Of a stretch of DNA of 64,000 nt, positions 37,301-49,300 are shown one piece after another. The notes below the pieces were generated by a model that did no database searches, was not told where the DNA came from, and worked only from the letters and a program-made list of their open reading frames with translations. How positions within the stretch are numbered: position 1 is the first letter of the stretch; every line of letters begins with the position of its first letter. Position numbers and translations under genes: made by a program. This DNA is from Raja brachyura. Taxonomy: Eukaryota. The DNA lies in NCBI GenBank assembly GCA_963514005.1, contig OY740783.1:129890001-129954000 (forward strand). The letters run 5' to 3'.

Positions 37301-40300
37301 CTATGGCCTCTGATCCCAGACTCTCCCACTAGTGGAAACATCATCTCCACATCCATTCTATCCAGGTCATTCACCATTCGGTGAGTTCCCCCCCTCATCC
37401 TCAACTCCAGCAAGTACAGACCCAGTGCCGTTCTAACGTTCATCATATGTTAACCCAATGAATAAGTTTATGAATGAATAAATGAATGAAGGAATTAGTT
37501 TATTGGCCAAGTATTCACATACAAAGAATTTGCCTTGGTGCTCCGCCCGCAAGTGACAACATGACATGCAGTGACAATTAAGAATGATACATAAAACATT
37601 AAACATTAATAATAAATAATTCCTGGGATCATTCTCTTAAACCCCCTCTGGACCCTTTCCAGAGCCAGCACATCCTTCCTCAGATATGGGGCCTAACATT
37701 ACTCACAATGCTCCAAATGCGATCTGACCAGTGCCTTGCAGAGCATTCCATCCCTGTTTTTGTATTATAGTCCTCTCAAAATAAATGCTAGCATTGCATT
37801 TTCCTTCCTTACTACCCATTCAACATGCGGATTAATGTTTTGGGAAACCTGCACCAACACTCCCAAGACCCTTTACATCTCTGGTCATTCAGTCAAGTCC
37901 AATGTCCGCTATGGTGTAGAGGTGACTCGGATAGTACCCTATCTCATGGAAGGACTGTTCAGACAGTGCATCTTATCCCTCAGAATACTGTCTCATAACT
38001 TTCTGACCACAGATAGTTAGACTCACAGCACTGTCATTCCCAGGATTTTCCCAGCCACCCTTCTTAAACAGAGGCACAACATTTGCCACCCTCCAGTCTC
38101 GTCATTTACGGCAGCACGGTGGCGCATCGGTAGAGTTACTGCTCTACAGTGCCGGAGACCCGGGTTCGATCCAGACTATGGGTGCTGTCTGAGCGGAGTT
38201 TGTACGTTCTCCCCGTGACCTGCGTGGGTTTTCTCCAAGATCTTTAGTTTCCTCCCCACACTGCAAAGACGTACAGGTTTGTAGGTTAATTGGCTTGGTA
38301 TAAATGTAAAACATTGTCCCTAATGTGTGTGTAGGACCGTGTTAATGATGTCCATGTGGACTCGACGGGACGAAGGGCCTGTTTCCACGCTGTATCTCTA
38401 AAATAAATAAAACTAAATTTAGATCATTTACCTTAATTCACAAGCAAGTTAGAAATGGCGTTCCCACATACGAGTTATTTGATGGATCATCATTGATCAT
38501 ATGTTAAGGCCGGGTGTGAACACATGGGCCTACTGATCTCCCGGTCTTCACTGCTCTTTTTTTACAGTGACACCAACAGTGACACCAACAGTGACATCAA
38601 CGTACATCCTGCTCATTCTGATTGCCCTCCTCATGCTCTGCATCCTGCTCATTATTATTCTCTGGAAGAAAGGAGGTGAGTTGACCTACAAATAAGCCAT
38701 TGCAATTCTCTGTCTGCTATCGATTATTATTGTTCCTTGCACCGGGATGCAGAGATCAGCTTTGCTTATGTGCTGGGGGTTACACAAAAAGCTGGAGAAA
38801 CTCAGCGGGTGCAGCAGCATCAAAGGAGCGAAGGAGATAGGCGACGTTTCGGGTCGAGACAGACAGCATTTTCTTCAGACAGCATTTGCTTATGTGCTAT
38901 CGTTTGTCTTTAATTGGACGTCGCACTTCACGCTGGCTCGGCAAGACCACCGGCATAATCAAGGACCGGTGGGTGGGGGGGGAGGAAGAGTGGGTGAGGG
39001 GGGGGGGGGGGGTGAGGGGGGGGGGGAAGTGGGTGAGGGTGGGGAGTGGGTGAGGGTGGGGAGTGGGTGAGGGGAGACAGTGTGTGAGGGGAGACAGTGT
39101 GTTGGGGGGGGAGAATGGGTGTGTGAGGGGGGGGAGTGGGTGAGGGGGAGCAAGTGGGTGAGGGGGGGGAGTGGGTGAGGGGGGAGAGTGGGTGAGGGGG
39201 GGGGAAGAGTGGGTGGGGGGGAGTGGGTGAGGGGTTGGAGATTGCCTTTGGGCTGTAACTTTGATGAATCTTTATTATTCTACATTTGTTATACAATGTG
39301 GATGTCAGCCATTACCTTAATCTTTTCTCATCTCTTTATTCCTGCAGTGTTTTCATCCGTAATGAGGTCAGCCACATTTTCAAAAAGGTAAGAGGGGACA
39401 TGAATCCAAGGCTAAGCGGGGTGGCACGGTGGCGCAGCGGGTAGAGCTGCTGCCTCACAGCGCCAGAGACCCGGGTTCGATCCTGACTACGGGTGCCGTC
39501 TGTACGGAGTTTGTACGTTCTCCTCGTGACCGCGTGGGTTTTCTCCGGGTGCTACGGTTTCCTCACACACTCCAAATACGTACGGCGTTGTAGGATAATA
39601 GGCTTCTCTGCATTGTAAATTGTCCCTAGTAGAGTGAGTAGGATAGTGCTCGTGTACTGCCGATCGCTGGTCGGTGCTGACTCGCTGGGCCGAAGGGCCT
39701 GTTTCCACGCTGTGTGACTAAACTAAAGTGTAAAGTCTAGCATCGCACATTTCCACACTGGGTAAAAAGGTTTTGACAGTCTACCATATCCATACCTCTC
39801 ATTATTGTACATCATACAGGTGTATGGGTTTGTAGGTTAATTGGTTGGTAAAATTGTAAACTGTCCCTACTGCGTAGGGTAGTGCTAGTGTACAGCATGG
39901 ACTCGGTGGGCCGAAAGGCCTGTTTCCGCACTGTATCTCCGAAGTAAAATTTCATATACTCACTGTGGTAAGCACCCTCTGAGATCTGTGGTGTGAGCAG
40001 GAAGTTGAGATGCGCGGATTGCCATGAGATTTCCTGGGCGTTTGATGCAATTTCCTCACGTTGGTTCCTCTCTCTGTAGGAGCGCTGTGAGTCCGGATGT
40101 CACTGGCCGAGGGGCACAGCTGCAGTGTGATTCAGGTACTGAGCGAGCACCTTCTACCCTGCCCAAGGCAGCAAGCAGACCAAAACCAACAGGAGGGCTG
40201 CAGGTAGCAAATGGAGGGTGGAGACAGTACGGGACTGCACACGAGGAAATGCAGATGCTGGTTTGCAAAATAAAATACACAAAGTGCTAGAACAACTGAG

Positions 40301-43300
40301 GCGGCACAGTGGTGCAGCATTGGAGTCGCTGCCTTACAGTGCCAGAGACCCGGGTTCGATCCTAGCTACAATGCTGCCTGTACTGAATTTGTGCGTTCTC
40401 CCCGTGACCGTGTGGGTTTTCTCCATGTGTGTAATTATACCCCTAAAGCTTAACCCCCTTTAGTCTCGTTCAGTAAAACAGTGAGTTAAACGCCAGATCA
40501 CTATTCTTTATTCTTTTCAACAATAGCAAACTCCCTCTACAATGCCTAACCACCGCGGGTCCATTCCTTGTCTCTGCTCATTTAAGCCCTTCAGCCCCGT
40601 GTAAGCGGACACCTCCAAAGGTTTACGCAGTCCAGAGCGCCCCTCCAGAAGATCGACTCCAATCCTCGTGGGGTCCACTCTTTTATAGGTCATCTTACCC
40701 TGTGGCGCCCCTACAAACCAATCACAAATATTGATTACATTGTACAGTTATTGACAGTTCCCTAAACCAATTACAAAGTTCCACATTACAATGTTTCAAC
40801 AGAAGCTTCTGGAAGGAAGTCAGTTCACTAAAGTAATGCAACACTTTCCCCGGTAGTATAAACATTTCAAAGAAGGTTTCACACAACAACCTGGGTTGTG
40901 GGGTCAATTCTCAAGGCTCTGAGAGCAAGGATAAGTTTAATGGGAAGAGGGACTAGCACCGACTTGATGGGTGTATTCCTTGAGAGGATTCTATGATGTG
41001 GAACTCATTGCCACAGACGGTGATGGAGGCCAAGACATCGGGTATTTTTAAGGTAGAGATCGACAGTCTCTTGACAGTACAGGTGCCAAAGGTTATGGGG
41101 AGAAGGCAGGAGAATGTGGTTCAGAGGGAAAGATAGATCAGCCATGATTGAATTGTGGAGTAGACTCGATGGGCCGAATGGCCTATTTCTGCTTCTATCA
41201 CTTATGAAATTATGATTCTCTTGAGAGGAATAGTGTAAATACAGTCTTTTACCCCAACTGGGGAATCGAGAACCAGAGGACAAAGGTTTAAGTTCAGAGA
41301 GGAAGGACTTAATAGGAATCTGAGGGGCAATTTTTATACATAGCGGGTGCTGGGTGTGTGGAACGAGCTGCCAGAGGAGGTAGCTACTATCATAATGTTT
41401 AAAATAAGATTTGGACAGGTACATGAATAGGAAAGGTGGGACTAGTATAGAAGTGGGCATGTTGGGCCGAAGGGCCTGTTTCCACTCTGTATCATTCTAA
41501 GACTGATTGGTGTTACAGAGCGTGACAATAATGTGGTATCCAACAGCGACGAGGTAGGTGAACATTAGCACCTTATTTTGAGTCAGAGCTGTGATCTAAT
41601 TTGTGTTCCAAGCTTGGTCGGGCAACCCAGAGAACATCTCCCCACACATTAACACCATCCTACACACACCATCCTTCGCCTACCGAGGTCGCGTCGACCA
41701 GCGATCACCCTGTACGCTAGCACTATCTTACACACTGGGGACAATTTACAATTTTACCAACCAACCTAATCAAGAATATACTAATCTTCACCATAGACAT
41801 ATCGACTGACTTGCCCCTCACATACCCCCCCTCAGCGGGTCAGGCGTCATCCCTGGAGAACACGGATGGGTAACGGTCCAGGTTAGGATCCCACTGAAGG
41901 TTCAGGCTCAGGTTTATTATTGTCATGTGTACCGAGGTACGGTGAAAAGCTTTAGCTTTGCGTGCTGTCCAGAACGTAAGTGAGTAAGTTTATTGGCCAA
42001 GTATTCACATACAAGGAATTTGCCTTGGTGCTCCGCCCACAAGTAACAACATGACATACAGTGACAGTTACGATTGATTCAGAAAACACAAAACATTAAT
42101 AATAATTAAACATTAATGATAAAACACCTGAGTCTGAAGAAGGGTCTCGACCCGAAACGTCGCCTATCTCCTTCGCTCCTTAGATGCTGCTGCACCCGCT
42201 GAGTTTCTCCAGCTTTTTGTGTAACCCAATGATAAAACACCATTGATCAAGCATGTGAACCAACAAAATACCAGATCAAAGGGAGGCTACAGATTTTTGG
42301 CTGTTAAGTAGAGCAACTACTTGTGGATAAAAACTGTGTTTATGTCTGGCTGTGGCAGCTTTGACAGTCCGGAGTTGCCTTCCAGAGGGAAGTGATTCAA
42401 AGAGTTTGTGGCCAGGGTGAGAGGGGTCAGAGATGATCTTGCCCGCTCGCTTCCTGGCCCTTGCAGTGTACAGTTCATCAATGGAGGGAAGGTTGCAGCC
42501 AATAACCTTCTCTGCTGATCGGACGATTCACTGCAGCCTCCGGGTGTCGTGCTTGGTGCCTGAGCCAAACCAGACCATGATGGAGAAGGTGAGAACAGAC
42601 TCTACGATTGACCTGTAGAATTGGACCATCATTACATGTGGCAGATTGTGCTTCCTCAGCTGCCGTAGGAAGTACATCCTCTGTTGTGCCTTTTTGACTG
42701 TGGAGTCGATGGTCACCCCCCACTTAAGGTCCTTGGAGATGATGGTTCCCAGGAACTTAAAGACTCCACAGATGTGACTGTGGTGTTGTTGATGGTGATT
42801 GGGGTGAGGGGAGGGGGAGCTCTTCTAAAGTCTACAATCAATTCCATTGTCTTAAGAGCATTGAGCTCCAGGTTGTTGCGAAGGCACCAGGACGCCAGCT
42901 GTGACACTCAGCTCAAATACAATCAGTTGAAGCTCAAGTGCAATAGGCAGAGCTAAGGGGAAGATACAGAGTGCAGAACCCTTGAGGTCGGCTGCAGGCA
43001 CAAAGGCGGGTGGGTGAGGAGATGGACGGGGCATCCAAGAAAGGAGACGGCTGGAGGCCCACAACAGCCTGGGACTCGCCTGGAACAGGCACCGCTCATC
43101 TGCACTGGAGCGTGGACTCTGGAAATGGCACCAAAACATGGCGCCTCTTGCATGCGGGGTCAGTAGACTGTTTCTGTACACTTGCTAATCAAGGCAATAC
43201 TCTACTGGAGTGTATGTAAGTTAGAGAATTTCACCGTGTTAGCACTTCACACATGTAATAATAAAAGCACCATTGAATATAGTTCAGCATTGTAGTTCAT

Positions 43301-46300
43301 CAGTTCCTTACAAGAAGGGTCCCAAGTGCTGGTTAACAAAAAAGAGACACTTAGTGCTGGAGTAACTCAGCGGTTCAGGCAGCTTCTCTGGAGATCAAAG
43401 CTATTTAGGGGCAGCACATGGTGGTGCAGCTGTAGAGTTGCATCCTCACAGCGCCAGAGACCCGGGTTCCATCTTGATTATGGGTGCTGTCTGTACAAAG
43501 TTTGTCCGTTCTCCCTGTGACCACACACGTGGTTCAGGAGCCTACTTCAGATACTTCGGGTTGGGGCCAGAGCTGAAACGTCACCTATCCACATTCTCCA
43601 GAGATGCTGCCTGACCCGCTGAGTTACTCCAGCACTCTGTGAAACGTCACCTATCCATGTTCTCCACAGATGCTGCCTGACCCGCTGAGTTACTCCAGCA
43701 CTCTGTGAAACGTCACCTATCCATGTTCTCCACAGATGCTGCCTGACCCTCTCTCTCTCCCTCTCCCTCGTTTGAAGGAGTAACTCTCGTGTGCTTTACA
43801 GATCAGGCTGAGTCCAGCACGTACGCCAGCATTATCATCAACAGTGGAAAAGCGAAGAAGCCGCAGGCAGATGATGAAGGTACACACCTTGCTCACAGTC
43901 ATAGAGTGATACAGCGTGGAAACAGACCGCTTGGCCCAACTAGCCCACACCGGCCAACATGTTCCAGCTACACTAGTCCCACCTGCCCATGTTTGGTCCA
44001 TATCCCTCCAAACCTGTCCTAAAAAATGGGTTCCAATCCCACTTCTGACACCATGTTGAGTGATGACCAAACAATAACAGAAGGCTTGCACCAAGATAAA
44101 GATCCAAAGACTTTATTAACTACATAGCAAGCATGACTTCACACTTCCACGTTCAACTTACAATAAAGGAATCCAGCGTGCAGTTATAACTGAAAAGCTA
44201 GTGGGCGTAACTACATGACTCATGAAATGAGTGACACTAATCTACACCCATGTACCTGTCTGAATGTTTCTTAAATGTTGGGATAGTCCCAGCCTCAACT
44301 ACCTCCTCTGGCAGCTCGTTCCATACACCCACCACCCTGTGTGTGAAAAAGTTACCCCTCAAATACCTATTAAATCTTTTCCCCTTCACCTTCAACCTAT
44401 GTCCTATGGTCCTTGATTCACCAACTCTGGGCAAGAGACTCCGTGCGATTACCCGATCTATTCCTCTCAACACCAAGTCCCACATCCCTCACAGTTCGAC
44501 TGGTTGACTAATGGCACATTCTCCTTTACCTCCAGGTGCGCAGAAACCTGAAGCTGCAAACTCAGGTGAGAATGATTCTGTTCCTACTTTACGTTAGTTG
44601 AGTTTAGAGATACAGCGTGGAAACAGGCCCTTCCGCTCACCGTGCCCGCACCGACCAGCGATCCCCGCACATTAACACTACCCTACACTAGGGGACAATT
44701 TTTACATTTAGACCAAGCCAGTTAACCTACAAGCCTGTACGTCTTTGGAGGGTGGGAGGAAACCGAAGATCTCGGAGAAAACCCACGCAGGTCACGGGGA
44801 GAACGTACAAACTCCGTACAGACAGAACCCATAGATGAGCTCGAACCTGGGTCTCCAGCGCTGCATTCACTGTAAGGCAGCAACTCTACCGCTGCGCCAC
44901 CGTGACTTTAGAGATACAGCGTGGAAATGGGCCCTTTGGCCCACAGAGTCCGTGCCAACCAGCGATCACCCTGTACGCTAGCACCATCTTACACACTAGG
45001 GACAATTTACAATCTGACCAACCAACCTAATCAAGAACATATTAATCTCCACCATAGATATATCGATCGACTTGCCCTCCCCCAGCCGTCTATGGCAATG
45101 AATTCCACAGATTCACTACCCTCTGACACATGTCTCTTTCTATTCATGTGTGTGTCTGTAAATTACTGTGTCAAGATTTCACTTATTCACGGGAACAGCA
45201 ATCAGATCAGGTAAAGTGTTGGCACAAGGAACTGCAGATGCTGGTTTACAAACAAGTGCTGGATTAACTCAGTGGGTCAGGCGTCATCCCTGGAGAACAC
45301 GGATGGATAACATTTCCGGTCAGTTCCCACTGAAGGTTCAGGCTCAGGTTTATTATTGTCATGTGTACCGAGGTACGGTGAAAAGCTATGGCTTTGTGTG
45401 CTTTCCAGAACGTAAATATAATCAGTTGAAGCTCAAGTGCAATAGGCTGAGCTAAGGGGAAGATACAGAGTGCAGAGCACTTGAGATCGACTGCGGGGAA
45501 CAAAGGCGGGCGGGCGAAGTGAGGGACGGGGCATCCAAGGAAGGAGACGGCTGGAGGCCCACAACAGCCTGGGACTCACCTGGAACAGGTTCCTAGCATC
45601 TGCACTGGCGCATGGACGCTGAAAATGGTGGGCTGGCAGTTGACTCACGGCTATTCCTTGAAATTCCATTTCAAGCAGGGTGCAAGGCCACCAAATTCCA
45701 GTGCAGTTTCTTACCACTTCAAGCAGTGTGCAAGGCCACCAAATTCAAGTGCAGTGTCATACAACTTCAAACAGGGTGCAAGGCCACCAAATTCAAGTGC
45801 AATTTCATACCATTTGAAGCAGGCTGCAAGGCCACTAAAGACAGCAAGTCGTGACCTCTCCCTCCTCCATCGTGCAGAGACTGAGCCACGCCCACACTTC
45901 TGGGTTTTATAGTCCCTTCCCCCCTCCCATCAGAAGGGGCATGGCCTTCATGGTGTGATTGACAGGAGAGAGACTCTCAACATTTTTTAAACACTAATAA
46001 CTTTTATTTTTCACCGATGGGAAAAGTCTTTGGCACCTGATGAGCGGAGGGGGACTCAGAGTAAGTTGGCCAAAAATCACAGCCATACGTGGTAGCGTTT
46101 TTTCTAAAATCAATGTAAAGCGCAAACAGGAAGTGGTCAAGATTAGACTTTTAATTATAGAGAAGGCAAGGCAACTTTAATTAGGCAAGGCAACTTTAAG
46201 TAGGCAAGGGAACTTTAATTAGGCAAGGCAACTTTAATTAGGCAACACAGCTTTAGCATTGCCAAACCAAAGGCAACACAGCGCTAGCATTTCCAAACCA

Positions 46301-49300
46301 AAGGCAACACAGGTTTAGCATTTCCAAACCAAAGGCAACACAGCCTTCGCATTTCCAAACTATATTTTCAAACCACATTAAGGGCACTGACAGGTCAGTA
46401 AAACCACTCACAGTTTAGTAGACATGTGTTCAGTGTTATTCACAGCTCAGACTGAGAGACGTGACCCTCTCGCTCCCACATCTTGCAGAGACTGACTGAG
46501 ACATTCAACACTTCCGTGTTTTATAGTCCCTTCAGAAGGGGCATGGCCTTCAGAGGAGAAAATCTCAACATTTTTAAAACACTGATAACTCTTTTATTTT
46601 TCATCGATGGGAAAAATCCTCTTGTCCTGCGCAGCGGAGGGGAACTCTGAGTAAGATGGCCAAAAATCACAGCCGTAAGTGGCAGTGTTTTTTCTAAAAT
46701 CAATATACAGAACAACAGGAAATGGTCAAGATCAGACATTTAGTAATATCGATGTTCTCCAGAGATGCTGCCTGACCCGCTGAGTTACTCCAGCACTCTG
46801 TGAAACGTCACCTATCCATGTTCTCCACAGATGCTGCCTGACCCGCTGAGTTACTCCAGCACTCTGTGAAACGTCACCTATCCATGTTCTCCACAGATGC
46901 TGCCTGACCCGCTGAGTTACTCCAGCACCTTGGCTCGTGTATATGCGCCTCTCTCTCTCTCTGTAGTTTGAAGGAGTAACTCTCGTGTGCTTTACAGATC
47001 AGGCTGAATCCTGCACGTACGCCAGCATTATCATCAACAGTGGAAAAGTGAAAAAGCCGCAGGCAGATGATGAAGGTACACACCGTGCTCACAGTCATAG
47101 AGTGATACAGCGTGGAAACCATGTTGAGTGATGACCAAACAATAACAGAAGCCTTGCACCAAGATAAAGATCCAAAGACTTTATTAACTACATAGCAAGC
47201 ATGACTTCACACTTGCACGTTCAACTTACACTAAAGGAATCCAGCATGCAGTTATAACTGAAAAGCTAGTGGGCGTAACTACAGAAGCATGACTCATGAA
47301 ATGAGTGACACTAATTTACACCCATGTACCTGTCTGAATGTTTGTTAAATGTTGGGATAGTCCCAGCCTCAACTACCTCCTCTGGCAGCTCGTTCCATAC
47401 ACCCACCACCCTGTGTGTGAAAAAGTTACCCCTCAAATTCCTATTAAATCTTTTCCCCTTCACCTTCAACCTATGTCCTACGGTCCTTGATTCACCACCT
47501 CTGGGCAAGAGACTCTGTGCGTCTACCCAATCTATTCCTCTCAACACCAATTTCCACATCCCTCACAGTTCGACTGGTTGACTAATGGCACATTCTCCTT
47601 TACTTCCAGGTGCGCAGAAACCTGAAGCTGCAAACTCAGGTGAGAATGATTCTGTTCCTACTTTACGTTAGTTGAGTTTAGAGATACAGCGTGGAAACAG
47701 GCCCTTCCGCTCACCGTGCCCGCACCGACCAGCGATCCCCGCACATTAACACTACCCTACACTAGGGGACAATTTTGACATTAAAGGGCCCGTCCCACAT
47801 GGCCATCATTTGCGCGCCATTAACGCGATCTGGTAGCCTGTGGGTAACGTGGGACGGGCGCATGGAGTGACGTGGAGGAGTGTGGATCCAGATCCGCCGC
47901 ATTCCTACTCCCAGAGCGGGGTCAAGACGATTGAAGATCGACACAAAATGCAGGAGTAACTCAGCGGGACCGGCAGCATCTCTGGAGAGAAGGAATGAGT
48001 GGCGTTTTGGGTCGAGACCCTTCTTCAGACTGAAAAAGAGTCTTGACCAGAAACATCATCCATCTTCAAATGACGTCACGCGCTCCAGACGGCTGTGCGG
48101 GCACATGATGACGCGTGTCAGTCACTACCTGTCACGTAAATGACGGCCAAGTGGGACAGGCCCTTTAGACCAAGCCAGTTAACCTACAAACCTGCACGTC
48201 TTTGGAGTGTGGGAGGAAACCGAAAATGTCAGAGAAAACCAACGCAGGTCACGGGGAGAATGTAGAAACTCCGTACAGATAGCACCCATAGTCGAGATCG
48301 AACCCGGGTCTCGAATCCATTCAGCCCTTCGAGCCATTCAATATGATCATGGCTGATTATTCAAAATCAGTACCCCGTTCCTGTTTTCTCCCCGTATACC
48401 TTGATTCCATTAGCCCTAAGAGCTATATCTGACTCTCTTGAATATATCCAGTGAATTGGCCTCCACTGCCTTCATAGATTCACAACTCTCTGGGTGAAAA
48501 AGCCTTTCATCTCAGTCCTAAATAGCCAACCCCTTATTCAAGCGAATACAAGCCCAGTCGACCCATTCTTTCGTCATATGTCTGTCCCACAATCCCAGGA
48601 ATTAACCTGGTGAACCTAAACTGCACTCCCTCAACAGCAAGAATGTCCTTCCACAAATTAGGAGACCAAAATTGCACACAATACTCCAAGTGCGGTCTCA
48701 CCTGGGTCCTGTACAACTGCAGTAGGACCTCCTTGCTCCGAAACTCAAATCCTCTCTCAATAAAGGCCCACATGCCAGTAGCTTTCTCCACTGCCTGCTG
48801 TACCTGCATGCTTACTTTCAGTGACTGATGTACAAGAACACCCAAGTCTCATTGCACCTCCACTTCTCCTAATCTGGCACCATTCAGATAATAATCTGCC
48901 TTCCTGTTTTTGCCACCAAAGTGGATAACCTCATATTTATCCACATGATACTGCATTTGCCATGCATCTGCCCACTCAGTCAACCTATCCAAGTCACCCT
49001 GCAGCCTCATAGCATCCTCCTCGCAGCTCACACTGCCACCCAGATTTGTGTCATCCGCAAACTTGGAGATGTCACATTTAATTCCCTCGTCTAAATTGTT
49101 AATATATATTGTAAATAACTGGGTCCCAGCACTGAGCCTTGCGGTACCGCACTGGTCACTGCCTGCCACTCTGAAAAGGACCCGTTAATTCCTATTCTTT
49201 GCTTCCTGCCTGCCAACCAGTTCTCTATCCATGTCAATACCCTACCCACAATACCATGTGCTCTAATTTTACCCACTAATCTCTTGTGTGGGACCTTGTC

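Larger units (their letters stand above)
41690..48312 (+). repeat. Intragenic tandem duplication (copy 1 about 41690-44905, copy 2 about 44940-48312)
   Basis: Colinear blocks 41698-41978/44958-45415, 42915-43130/45414-45628 and 43770-44860/46966-48312, including two exons and an LTR. Confidence 0.9.
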
